64,000 nucleotides of DNA from Candidatus Marinacidobacterium sp. (lineage in GTDB: Bacteria > Acidobacteriota > Vicinamibacteria > Marinacidobacterales > Marinacidobacteraceae). The translations under genes and the position numbers were made by a program. The stretch's first letter is position 1. Each line of letters opens with the position of its first letter. Positions 26,201 through 36,023 of this stretch are shown here, in pieces. The DNA is taken from NCBI GenBank assembly GCA_965220965.1, contig OZ244852.1:2112001-2176000 (forward strand), in the 5' to 3' direction. The notes below the pieces were generated by a model that was not told the DNA's origin, ran no database searches, and was given only the letters and a program-made list of their open reading frames with translations.

Positions 26201-27325
26201 TCAGCGGCCGGCGCGCTCCCTCACGTGCGTTCCGAAGCTCGGGATCCCCATCTCCCACACGCCGGGGCTGGACTCCCAGAGGACGCCGAGGTCCTGGAGG
26301 AGTTCCGCGAGCGCCCTCGGCTCCTGTTCGACCCGGCCGTCGGCGCACAGGGGGTCGAGAACCGCATCCAGGTCGTGATCCAGCACCGGCTCGGACCGGT
26401 CGTGGAACAGGTTCGCGAGCGGGAGCAACGCCTGCTCAACGCGCAGGTCGCGGGCTTCGGCAAAGCGCTCCGCGTAGAAGTCGGCGACCGCTCCGCGGGC
26501 GTTTTCGATGCCGGCCCTCGCGGCGCGCGGCGTGATCCGGGGCTCGTCACTCGCAGCGCACGCTTCCCACGCGGCGCTGCCAAGGAGCTGAATGAAGTAG
26601 GGATACCGCTGTGAGGCGACGCCGAGCAGCGAAAGGGCCTCGGACTCCATGGGTCGCCCGGCTTCCTCCGCCGGGATGCGCAGAGCGTCCGAGGTCGCGT
26701 CGGGGCGGAGTCGACCGATCCGCAAGCGCTCGAACATGCGCTCGGTGAACGTTCCGGCGCGCCGGAGCCTGCGACTCGTTCCGGGCGTCCCGGCCAGGAC
26801 CAGCAGGAACGGCAGCCGGGCGCGCCCCGCCCGCTGAACCGCCGAGAAGAACGCCTGCCCGGCGCCGGAGCGGGTCCGTTGCGCCTCGTCGATCAGCACA
26901 ACGAGCGGAGCGGGCGACCCGGACAGCCAGGTCGAGAACAGATGCGCGAGGTCGCTCGTTTCCTGCGGCCCCTCCACCGACACGCCAACGGGGCCCACCT
27001 GAACCCCGGTAACCCGGGTTGTGGAGCGGCTCACGCGCTGCCGAAGGGCCGCCATGAGCGCATCGCGATCGCTCAGGACGTCCGCATCGAGCTCTTCAAC
27101 GAGGAAACCGCGGCTCCGCGCCAGTTCGGCGAGCCGGTCGAGGAGCACCGTCTTGCCATTGCCCCGCGGCCCCTGAAGAAGGAACCCCTGCGGGGGAGCA
27201 ACTCCTTCCGCCAATCGAGCGAGTCGGTCCTCGAATCGGGCGACTTCCGTTTCGCGGCCGGCGAGGAAGCGAGGCATGCGCCCGGCGCCCGGTTCGAAGG
27301 GGTTGCGCTCACCGGAACTGCGCAT
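26201..27325 (-). CDS. P-loop AAA ATPase
   Basis: NPFEPGAGRMPRFLAGRE, GPRGNGKT, LIDEAQ, YPYFIQL. Confidence 0.85.
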   Translation of the reverse strand: MRSSGERNPFEPGAGRMPRFLAGRETEVARFEDRLARLAEGVAPPQGFLLQGPRGNGKTVLLDRLAELARSRGFLVEELDADVLSDRDALMAALRQRVSRSTTRVTGVQVGPVGVSVEGPQETSDLAHLFSTWLSGSPAPLVVLIDEAQRTRSGAGQAFFSAVQRAGRARLPFLLVLAGTPGTSRRLRRAGTFTERMFERLRIGRLRPDATSDALRIPAEEAGRPMESEALSLLGVASQRYPYFIQLLGSAAWEACAASDEPRITPRAARAGIENARGAVADFYAERFAEARDLRVEQALLPLANLFHDRSEPVLDHDLDAVLDPLCADGRVEQEPRALAELLQDLGVLWESSPGVWEMGIPSFGTHVRERAGR

Positions 27326-27455
27326 GGGGAGCGAGGCTACCGCACGAGATGGGCTGGGGCCCGCACGGGAGCGTCCAGGGCTGCCCCGACTATTACGCTC
27401 GTGGCGGACCGCTGCCCCTCCATGGGAGGCGGTTTGCGCCAGGTTCGAAGTGACC

Positions 27456-28680
27456 ATGCAACCCCGCTCATTCAACACCGCCGGGCCCATGATCGCGGCG
27501 CAGCACTACCAGATCCCGCCGCTGGAGCGGCTGGATCGGGAGGACGTGCTGCGGCTCATCCGGGAGGCGAAGTACTTCCTCCTCCGCGCGCCCCGCCGAA
27601 CGGGCAAGACCACCTGCCTCCTGGCTCTGCAGGATCTGCTGAACGGCGGAACCGTCGGTTCCTGGCGCGCGCTCTACGTCAAGATCGAGACGGATCAGGC
27701 GGGGAGCGACGACACCGAGAGTGTGATGCGGGCCATTCTGAGCGCTCTAGGATCGGCGGCGCAACGGACCCTCGGGGACGGGTTTGTTGAAGCGGCGTGG
27801 CCGGACCTGCTCCAGCGCGGCGGGCCCGACACCGCTCTGGGGGAGCTTCTGGCGCAGTGGGCCGCACGCGATCCGAGACCTCTCGTTCTCCTCGTGGACG
27901 AGATCGACGCCCTCGTCGGCGACACGCTGCTCTCGGTTCTGCGTCAGCTCCGGGCCGGCCATACCGCCCGACCACACGCTTTCCCTCAGAGCGTGATCCT
28001 CTGCGGCGTCCGCGATATCCGGAGACATCGCGTCTCGACTCAGGACGGAACCGTGCTCGGAGGCAGCGCCTTCAGCATCTACGCCGAGTCCCTGCGCCTC
28101 AGGGACTTCACCCGGGAGGAGACGCAACGGCTCCTGGCGCAGCACACGGAAGAGACCGGCCAGGTCTGGGACATGGACGCCACCGAGGCGATCGGGGATC
28201 TGACCCGAGGCCAGCCCTGGCTCGTCAACGCGCTCGCCGATGAGGTCTGCTTCAAGGACCGCGCCGGACGGGACCGGAGCCACCCGATCCCCGCCGCCAA
28301 CGTGTTCGAGGCGAAGGAGCGCCTCATCCTGAAGCGGGCGACCCACCTGGACCAGCTCGCGCACAAGCTCGAGGAGGACCGGGTCCGCCGCATCGTGGGC
28401 CCGCTACTCAGCGGCGATCTGGGCCCCGCAGACGTCACCGCCGAGGACATCCACTACTGCCGGGATCTGGGGATCCTCCACCGGGGCTCACCGATGCGGA
28501 TCGCCAACCCGATCTACGGCGAGGTGATTCCCCGCGACCTGACCTGGACGGTTCAGGAACGGATCCCGCAAGAGACTCCCTCGTTCGCGGACCCTCGGGC
28601 GCGCTGAACGCCGAGAAGCTGCTCGCCGCCTTCCAGGAGTTCTTCCGGGAGCACTCGGAGCACTGGGTGGAGCGTCGGCT
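27456..28680 (+). pseudogene. AAA-like ATP-binding protein, frameshifted and truncated
   Basis: FNTAGP, APRRTGKTT, LLVDEID, GQPWLVNAL; family-like sequence continues in another frame after ~28595 (LNAEKLLAAFQEFFREHSEHWVER), then ends against the next gene. Confidence 0.7.
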
Positions 28681-28692
28681 CGCCCCGTCAGG

Positions 28693-29214
28693 TCAGGGCT
28701 GCTCGGGTTCTGCGGTCGGGAGCGGAAGGCCGGTGTGGGGGTCCACCGTGGGGGGCTCCATGATGAACGGGACCTCGATCTCGTAGGGCGAGCCCTCGTG
28801 GGAGAACCACACGATGGCGGCGGCGTCCTCGTCGAAGGTCACCGGGCGGCCGGTGGCGATCCAGGCCTCTCCGAAGTCGTCGATCCGTGGACGGAGCGCC
28901 TCCAGATCCTCTTCACCTTCCTCGCCGGGAGGGCCCCGGCGGACGGTGATCCGGACCTCCTCGGCGACGGCGGCGGGCAGCTCGCCGCGCATCGCGTCCG
29001 AGAAGTAGATGCGGTGTTCCCCCTCGGCGGTGAGGACGACCTCGAAGTGGAGGTCGCCATGCATGAAGACATAGCCGCCGTAGCGGGGGTCGTGGTCCCC
29101 GTGGGCCATCATCATTCCCATGGCGTCCGCCGGCTCTTCGGGGGGCGGATCGCTCGACCCGCAGGCCGCGGCCAGGAGACCGGTCAGGAGCAGCGGAGCG
29201 GGGGCGCGGTTCAT
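28693..29214 (-). CDS. His/Met-rich lipoprotein, possible metal binding
   Basis: Lipobox LAAAC; MGMMMAHGDHDPRYGGYVFMHGDLHFE. Confidence 0.7.
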   Translation of the reverse strand: MNRAPAPLLLTGLLAAACGSSDPPPEEPADAMGMMMAHGDHDPRYGGYVFMHGDLHFEVVLTAEGEHRIYFSDAMRGELPAAVAEEVRITVRRGPPGEEGEEDLEALRPRIDDFGEAWIATGRPVTFDEDAAAIVWFSHEGSPYEIEVPFIMEPPTVDPHTGLPLPTAEPEQP

Positions 29215-30467
29215 CGCGAGAGCGCCTCGGCGAGTTCGCCGGGACTCATCGCCCCCTCGACGATGCGGACGATCCGCTCGAGGCGGTCGGCGGGCGCGAG
29301 GGAGGCGTCGGCGAGGGGTTCGAGGGCGGCGCGGAACATGGGGTCGACCGAGGGACGCACAAGAGCGTACCCGTGAAACCGGTCGGCGTGAGCGAGCAAC
29401 GGGTGCGGGTTGGGGGCCAGCGCCTCGAAATCGAGCGCCCGCATGGCCTCGAGGCGGGTCAGCCCGCCGTCGAGATAGCGGGCGAGGATCCGCGCCACGA
29501 CCGGCTCGAGGATCCGGAGCGCGTCCTCTTCGGGCGCGGCCGGGGCGAGATCCTCCATCACGGCCGCGAGTCCCTCGAAGACCGCGGTGCGCGGGTCGTA
29601 GAGCGGGACGACGCCGGCTTCGGGCCAGCCGGTCGCGCGGAAATGGGTCTCGGCGACGACCGCCTGGAGGTGGTGTCCGGGCACCCCCTCGTGGCAGGCC
29701 AGCCGCTCGATCTCGGCGCGGTTCAGGGCGAGGCCGCGGGGCAGTTCGAGTTCCCCGACCCCGCTTCCCAGGTAGCGGTAGAACGGCGTGGGACCCCGTT
29801 CGCGTCGCAACGCGGCGTCGGGAGCGATCCAGCGGATCCGGAGCGGCTCGAGGACGAACGGAAGCGGGGACGGGGCGGTTCGCTCGCGGCAGTCGGCGAG
29901 CGCCTCCCGCAGCAGCGGTTCGACGTCCGTTGACGCGGCGGACCGCCGCTCGAAGCGGCGCCGCACCCGGACGACGAGCGGGGCGATCCCCGGAATCGCG
30001 CGGTCCACGTGAAAGTGGAGCCGTTCGAGATCGGGCGCCGGGAAGTCCGCCTCCAGTCCGAACATGAGGCGCAACTGGTCGCGCACCGGAAGGCGCTCGC
30101 CGAGCAGATGCGCCGCGCGCGCGGCGAGCGCCCGCGCCGAGGCGGCGATGCGGCGGACCCGGAACTCCTCGCCGCCCCGCGCGCCGGTCGCGGCGGCCTC
30201 CGCCAGCGTTGCGGCGCGCTCCCGGACTTCTTCGAGCGACCAGGGAGGGGGCGCCGGCGCCTCCTCGATAAAGACGTGATCCAGATAGAGCGGGTCGTGG
30301 CGGGAGAGCGCGAACGCGAGGTCCACCCAGGCGGCGGCGAGGCCGTCCACCGTCCGGGGCGCGGGTTCCGACGGTTCCCCGGCGGGTGGACCGCAGGCCG
30401 TCCCGGAAAGGGCGGCCACCAGCGGGACGCCGGCGACGGCGAAGCGGAACCAGCGGTGACGGGACAT
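29211..30467 (-). CDS. DUF885-like lipoprotein / putative metallopeptidase
   Basis: ACHEGVPGHHLQ...EGLA motif; signal peptide from MSRHRWF; overlaps the next gene by 4 bp. Confidence 0.65.
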   Translation of the reverse strand: MSRHRWFRFAVAGVPLVAALSGTACGPPAGEPSEPAPRTVDGLAAAWVDLAFALSRHDPLYLDHVFIEEAPAPPPWSLEEVRERAATLAEAAATGARGGEEFRVRRIAASARALAARAAHLLGERLPVRDQLRLMFGLEADFPAPDLERLHFHVDRAIPGIAPLVVRVRRRFERRSAASTDVEPLLREALADCRERTAPSPLPFVLEPLRIRWIAPDAALRRERGPTPFYRYLGSGVGELELPRGLALNRAEIERLACHEGVPGHHLQAVVAETHFRATGWPEAGVVPLYDPRTAVFEGLAAVMEDLAPAAPEEDALRILEPVVARILARYLDGGLTRLEAMRALDFEALAPNPHPLLAHADRFHGYALVRPSVDPMFRAALEPLADASLAPADRLERIVRIVEGAMSPGELAEALSR

Positions 30468-30591
30468 TCCGAATAGCGACCCCGGAGGGCGCCGCAGTCT
30501 TTGACAGGACAGGTTATCCGCGCATATCTTCGGGGGCCGCCGGGGCCGGACGAACGGGCTCCCGCGCCATGCCCGCCAGAAGGAGATATCC

Positions 30592-32268
30592 ATGAAGATC
30601 CAGCGCGTTTTCCTCTCGCTGCTCGCGCTTGCGCTCGTCGCCGGCGGCGGTCTGCTCGCCTGCGCCGCGCCCGAAGCCCCCGAGCAGACGGCCTCCACCC
30701 AGGAGGCGCTCGGGATCCGGGCGGGCGGGGACACCGAGATCGCTCCCGACATGGAGCAGATCCCCGAGGAACTGCAGCAGGTCTTCGACTACATCGACGC
30801 GAACGTGGACGACCACGTCATGAACCTGCGCCGCTGGATCCAGCAGCCCAGCATCTCGAACTCCGGCGAGGGCATCCAGGAGTCAGCGCAGATGGTGAAG
30901 GGCTTCTTCGACCAGCTCGGATGCCAGATCTCCGAGGTTCACGACATCCCGATGACCGAGTGGGGCCAGCCAGGGAACCCGGTGGTCTACGCCGACTGCG
31001 ACTACGGCAAGGAGCACACGCTCCTCATCTACTGGATGTACGACACGATGCCGATCACCCAGCCGGAAGCCTGGGTGCTGCCCCCGTTCGACGGGGAGCT
31101 GACCGAGTTCGGCCCGTTCCAGAAGGTCATGATCGGGCGCGGGGCCACGAACTCGAAGGGGCCCCAGATGGTCCAGTGGAACGCGTTCCATTCGATCCTC
31201 GAAGTGACCGGCACGATGCCGGTGAACCTGATCTTCATCGCCGAGGGCGACGAGGAGCGGATGTCGATCGGCCTCCGCCAGTTCGTCCGGGAGAACCCGG
31301 AGCTGTTCGCCCACGCCGAGGCGATGTACCGGTTCGGCTCGCAGTCGCGTTCCGGCGCCGCCGGGATCGGCGGCGGCTCGGAGGGCTGCGTCTACATCGA
31401 GCTGACCACCAGCGGGGCGAGCTGGGGCCGCGGACCGGTGGCCTCGAACATCCACGGCGCGCACAAGCGGTCGACCGACGCCCCGGCGCTGCGGCACATC
31501 AAGATGCTCTCCACCCTCATCTCGGATGACGGCAACGACGTGCTCGTGCCGGGCTTCTACGAGGGCGCATCCCCGCTCACCGACGCGGAAGAGGCGATGT
31601 TCCAGGCCGCGGCGGAGAACATCGACATGGCGATCGCCGCCGAGAACATCGGCGTCGCCCGGTTCATGTCGGACGATCCGCTCGAGTACCTGAAGTCGGC
31701 CCGCTACGGGATCTCATTCAACATGGATGGCGTCTGGGCCGGGAACATGTATCCCGGCGGGGCCGGGGCGATCCTGCCGAACCGGATCACCTCGAAGCAC
31801 AACATGCGCTACGTGCCGGACATGGACGGGCTCGAGATGGTCCAGAAGATCCGTGACTACCTCGATTCGCAGGGCTACGAGGATGTCGAGCTGACGATCA
31901 TCGGCGACGTGCCGTGGTCGAAGTCGACCTATGACAACCGCGCCGCCCACTCGCTGATGCGGACCTACGACATCTTCGGGATCCGCTATCGCGAGCCGAT
32001 CCCGGACGAGACGATCCTCGGCGGCTACTGGCCCGCCTACCTGTTCAGCGGGCGGGACGCCGATCTCCCCGGCGGCACCGACCTCTCGATGCCGATCGTC
32101 GGCGGCGCCGGCGGCCACGGCGGCGGCGCCCACGCGGCGAACGAGTTCTGGGTCATCGAGGGCTCGGGCGAGGTCTACGGGATGGCGGGCGCCGAAAAGA
32201 GCATCGCCACGTTCCTCTACGCCTACGCCGGACTCCTTCCGGACGCGCCCGCGGAAGACGCCGAGTAG
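30592..32268 (+). CDS. M20/M25/M40 family metallohydrolase (lipoprotein)
   Basis: AGGAG RBS; MYDTMP, GRGATNSKG, EGDEE, AHAANE. Confidence 0.9.
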   Translation: MKIQRVFLSLLALALVAGGGLLACAAPEAPEQTASTQEALGIRAGGDTEIAPDMEQIPEELQQVFDYIDANVDDHVMNLRRWIQQPSISNSGEGIQESAQMVKGFFDQLGCQISEVHDIPMTEWGQPGNPVVYADCDYGKEHTLLIYWMYDTMPITQPEAWVLPPFDGELTEFGPFQKVMIGRGATNSKGPQMVQWNAFHSILEVTGTMPVNLIFIAEGDEERMSIGLRQFVRENPELFAHAEAMYRFGSQSRSGAAGIGGGSEGCVYIELTTSGASWGRGPVASNIHGAHKRSTDAPALRHIKMLSTLISDDGNDVLVPGFYEGASPLTDAEEAMFQAAAENIDMAIAAENIGVARFMSDDPLEYLKSARYGISFNMDGVWAGNMYPGGAGAILPNRITSKHNMRYVPDMDGLEMVQKIRDYLDSQGYEDVELTIIGDVPWSKSTYDNRAAHSLMRTYDIFGIRYREPIPDETILGGYWPAYLFSGRDADLPGGTDLSMPIVGGAGGHGGGAHAANEFWVIEGSGEVYGMAGAEKSIATFLYAYAGLLPDAPAEDAE

Positions 32269-32311
32269 TTCGACCCTTCCGACCGAGTCCGAGTCTCCCG
32301 GAGCGCCCGCC

Positions 32312-33025
32312 CTGTCCGCCATCGAGGTCCGGGACCTGGTCAAGACCTATGTCCTGAGCGAGAGCCACCGGGTGGAGGCCCTGCGGGGACTCAGCCTGCA
32401 CGTCGCGGAGGGCGACTTCGTCTCGGTCCTCGGCCCCTCCGGCTCGGGCAAGAGCACCCTGATGCACATCCTGGGGTGTCTCGACCAGCCGACCTCGGGA
32501 AGCTACCGGCTCATGGGGCGGGACGTCTCCCGGCTCTCCGACGACGAGCGGGCGCGCATCCGGAACGAGGAAATCGGGTTCGTCTTCCAGAGCTTCCACC
32601 TCCTGGCGCGGGCCAGCGCGCTCGAGAACGTGGAACTCCCGATGCTCTACGGCGCGAAGCGCCCGAGCCGCGACGAGCGGCGGAAGCAGGCGGAGGAGGC
32701 GCTCGCGGCGGTGCGGCTCTCGGACCGGGCGACCCACGCGCCCAGCCAGCTCTCCGGCGGCCAGCAGCAACGGGTGGCGATCGCCCGGGCGCTCGCGAAC
32801 CGGCCGCGCGTCCTGCTCGCCGATGAGCCGACCGGCAACCTGGACACCACCACCGGGCGCGAGATCCTCGACACGTTCGCCCGGCTGAACCGCGAACGCG
32901 GCCTGACGGTCGTCATGATCACCCACGACCGGCAGGTGGCGCAGTACGCGTCGCGAAGCGTCGAGATCCGCGATGGACGGATCGTGGGAGACACGGCGGA
33001 GGACAACGGAGCCGCAACCGCATGA
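32312..33025 (+). CDS. ABC transporter ATP-binding protein (LolD/MacB-like); start uncertain
   Basis: GPSGSGKST, LSGGQQQRVAIARAL, LADEPTGNLD, ITHD; conserved IEVRDLVKTY lies upstream of the ORF-track start 32372. Confidence 0.9.
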   Translation: MSAIEVRDLVKTYVLSESHRVEALRGLSLHVAEGDFVSVLGPSGSGKSTLMHILGCLDQPTSGSYRLMGRDVSRLSDDERARIRNEEIGFVFQSFHLLARASALENVELPMLYGAKRPSRDERRKQAEEALAAVRLSDRATHAPSQLSGGQQQRVAIARALANRPRVLLADEPTGNLDTTTGREILDTFARLNRERGLTVVMITHDRQVAQYASRSVEIRDGRIVGDTAEDNGAATA

Positions 33026-34599
33026 GGAACACAAGGATCGTCCGCGACATCCAGGGCCGCCTGCGCGTGCCGAAGCTGGAGGAGCTGCCTCCGGAGCCGC
33101 GGACCGCGGTCGAAGTGGCGCGGCAGAGCCTGCGCCGCTACCCGATGCGGACGCTGCTCACGCTCCTCGGGCTGGCGTTCGGAGTGGCGGCGCTGATGGC
33201 CACCATCTCGCTGGGGCGCGGGGCGCAGGGCGCCATCCGGGAGCAGGTGCGCGCCGCCGGCCTGAACGTCATCGAGATCACCGCCGGCAACTACCGGGCG
33301 CGCGGCGAGCGGCCGATCGGCGGAACGGAAGCCCCGGCGCGGCACGGCGCGGTCGTCCCGGGTCAGAGCCCCGGGGGCCCGGAGGAGGATCGGTGGCTCG
33401 CCCGCGCGTGGCGTCGCCTCGAACCGGTCGCGTTCGCCCATCCCGAGAACGACCCGATGGAGAAACACGACCACCCGACCGCCGCCGAGCGGCTCGGGGA
33501 CAGCGCGGCCGGTCTCGGGGGGGCGGCGACCCTGACCCGGGAGGACGCCGCCGCGATCGCCGATCTCTCCGGCGTGGCGCACGTGGCGTCGGGCGTCCAC
33601 GAGAGCGTCCGCGTCTTCTCTCCGGAGGGGCGCTGGTTCACCCGGCTCCACGGGACGGATGTGGATCTCGTCGAGATCCGCCGCTCGTTCGCCGTCCAGC
33701 ACGGCCGGTTCTTCGACGCCGGGGAGCTCCGCCGCGGGGAACAGGTCGCGGTGCTGGGCAGCATCGCCCGCGACCGGCTGTTCGGACCGGACGCCGACCC
33801 GGTGGGCCAGGAAGTCACGATCTGGAACCAGGCGTTCCGGGTCATCGGCGTCGTGGTGAGCACGAACTGGATGAACCCGGGGGCCCCGGGCGACGACGAG
33901 TTCGACGCGGTCTACACGCCGTTCACCACGATCCACCGGCTGCTCAACGTCACGAACCTGAACACGATCACGGTCACCGCCGCATCGTCCGGCCGGGTCA
34001 CCGAGGTGGCGCGGGACATCACCGATCTCCTGCGCGAACGCCACGGCATCCTCGAGACCCAGGCCGACGACTTCACCGTCGAGACCCAGGCCTCGCAGGT
34101 GCTCTCCAAGGGGCTCCACCCCAAGGTGGCGCAGACGCTCGCGGGGAACATCCCGAACCTGGAGCGGACGACGCTCCGCCAGTTGGCCTCGACGCTCGAG
34201 CGGTCCAGCAGCACGATGTCGGCGCTGCTGCTCGCCATCGCGCTCGTGTCGCTCCTGGTCGGGGCGATCGGGATCTCGAACGTGATGCTGCTCTCGGTCC
34301 GGGAGCGGATCCGCGAGATCGGCCTCCGCATGGCGGTGGGCGCGAAGACGGTCGACGTCGGGAGCCAGTTCCTCGCCGAGTCCGTCCTCGTAGGCGCCGC
34401 CGGCGGCCTCCTCGGCGTCGTGCTCGGCGTGATCGCCGCCCTCAGCGTGGAGAGCTGGTTCGGGCTCCGGGTCGAGCTGTCGATTCTCACCGGGCTCCTC
34501 GCCTTCGCGGTCGCGCTTGCGACCGGCGTCGTGGCCGGGGTCAGCCCGGCGCGCCGGGCGGCCCGGCTGGACCCGATCGTCGCGCTCGGTTCGGAGTAG
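33022..34599 (+). CDS. ABC transporter permease, MacB/FtsX family
   Basis: ISNVMLLSVRERIREIGLRMAVGA; paralog of 22630-23976. Confidence 0.9.
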   Translation: MRNTRIVRDIQGRLRVPKLEELPPEPRTAVEVARQSLRRYPMRTLLTLLGLAFGVAALMATISLGRGAQGAIREQVRAAGLNVIEITAGNYRARGERPIGGTEAPARHGAVVPGQSPGGPEEDRWLARAWRRLEPVAFAHPENDPMEKHDHPTAAERLGDSAAGLGGAATLTREDAAAIADLSGVAHVASGVHESVRVFSPEGRWFTRLHGTDVDLVEIRRSFAVQHGRFFDAGELRRGEQVAVLGSIARDRLFGPDADPVGQEVTIWNQAFRVIGVVVSTNWMNPGAPGDDEFDAVYTPFTTIHRLLNVTNLNTITVTAASSGRVTEVARDITDLLRERHGILETQADDFTVETQASQVLSKGLHPKVAQTLAGNIPNLERTTLRQLASTLERSSSTMSALLLAIALVSLLVGAIGISNVMLLSVRERIREIGLRMAVGAKTVDVGSQFLAESVLVGAAGGLLGVVLGVIAALSVESWFGLRVELSILTGLLAFAVALATGVVAGVSPARRAARLDPIVALGSE

Positions 34600-34647
34600 C
34601 GCGGGCTACACGCCTCCGCCCGCCAAGTCCTCCCCCCCCCCCGGGGA

Positions 34648-35487
34648 TCATTCGTCGGGTTCGGGATCGGCGTTGACGATCAGCCTCCAGGTCGGGTCCC
34701 GGCTGGCTCCCACGGTTGGCGCGGCGCGGCGCAGGGGCGTGTAGCTCTTCCCATGTTGCCGCACGAAGGGCGCCAGCGCGTCGGCGAACCGCGACCCGCC
34801 TAAGCGAGCCAGCAGGTATCCGAGCCGCTGGGACCAGGCAACCGGGCAGGCGCGGGCGGCCCGCGTCAACCGGTCGGCGTCGATCTCCTCCGCCAGATCG
34901 CGCAGGACGGTTGTGACGTTTCCGATGCCGCCGCCGTGCCGGGGATAACCGACGAGCTCCAGCGCCGTGATTTCGGGCGTCGCATAGCGGGCAACGCCGC
35001 GAGGGGTATTGACCTCTGTTGCGAACCCGTGATCGAGGTCATGCCGGGCGACGAACTCGACGCGCACCTGCCCGCACCGGATCGGCGCGCGGTTCCGGCG
35101 AACCATCACCTGAGCAACCTGGGGACGCTGGTGCGCCGCGCCGCACTTCTCCGCGGCGCTGAGGAGGGCGAAGTAGTAAGGCTCCCCGGCGCGATCCATC
35201 AACTGCGGGATGAACTGCTCCGCCGGCAGGCAACCCCGGGCCCGATGCTCGAACGGGACGATCACATGGAAGCCGCGGACCGGCTCGGCGAGCTCGCCAC
35301 GAACCTTCAGACGCCGCAACTGCCCGCGAACCGCGCTCCTGGCGCTTCCGATGGCGCGGACCGCCTGGCTGGTCGTGAAGTGGTAGCGACCGCTGGTCGC
35401 GAGACTGACGACGTAGTCCCGGGCGACCCCATGGACCCCGGCCTCCGACGGCGGGAGGGAGATGTCCGTTGTTCCGGGGTGCGCCAT
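34648..35487 (-). CDS. Type IV TA (AbiEi-family) antitoxin, orphan
   Basis: GRYHFT, YYFALLSAA..GAAHQRPQ, ATPEITALELV, QRLGYLL, WRLIVN. Confidence 0.8.
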   Translation of the reverse strand: MAHPGTTDISLPPSEAGVHGVARDYVVSLATSGRYHFTTSQAVRAIGSARSAVRGQLRRLKVRGELAEPVRGFHVIVPFEHRARGCLPAEQFIPQLMDRAGEPYYFALLSAAEKCGAAHQRPQVAQVMVRRNRAPIRCGQVRVEFVARHDLDHGFATEVNTPRGVARYATPEITALELVGYPRHGGGIGNVTTVLRDLAEEIDADRLTRAARACPVAWSQRLGYLLARLGGSRFADALAPFVRQHGKSYTPLRRAAPTVGASRDPTWRLIVNADPEPDE

Positions 35488-35610
35488 CTTCAATACGATT
35501 CTCTGTCACTCTAACTTTGGACGTTCTATTAGACAAGAATCGTACCGCTCCGGTTCAAGGCGACGCCGAGGACCCGGGGAGGAACGTCTGACGCCGTTGG
35601 CCGCCGTTAA

Positions 35611-35790
35611 CAGCCCGTTGACAACGTCCCGCGGCGTTCGAGCGGCGATCCATCCCGCCCGAACCACGCCCCTTCGGGGCGCTCATCGTTGCGTTTCGCT
35701 CGGAATATTCCCGATATTCCTCCCTCACGCGCCTTGTCGGCCGGGCGCCTCACCGCTCTCGGCGCTGCACGCGACGTTATCAACGGACTG
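35611..35790 (+). mobile_element. MITE-like element, copy 3 (180 bp, no internal module)
   Basis: Ends cagcccgttgacaacgtc / gacgttatcaacggactg; flanks TTAA / TTGA. Confidence 0.85.
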
Positions 35791-35810
35791 TTGAGCGGTG
35801 ACTTTCGTCG

Positions 35811-36023
35811 TCAGACCCGGTAGGCCGCCACCAGTTGCGGGCCGGTCCAGACGCGCCAACTGATCCAGAGCAGCCCCGGATTCGCGAAGCCCAGGACGAG
35901 CACGATCAGGAGCGTCCAGGCGGCGCGCCGCGACAGGCGTCGGAGCTCCGGCAGGAGCGTCGAGTTGAGGACCGGCTTCGCCGCGGGTGGGGGTCCGTCC
36001 GCCCCGCTCGCCGGAGCGTCCAT
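35811..36023 (-). CDS. Small membrane protein
   Basis: 70 aa with a hydrophobic stretch; start overlaps the GWxTD gene stop. Confidence 0.5.
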   Translation of the reverse strand: MDAPASGADGPPPAAKPVLNSTLLPELRRLSRRAAWTLLIVLVLGFANPGLLWISWRVWTGPQLVAAYRV

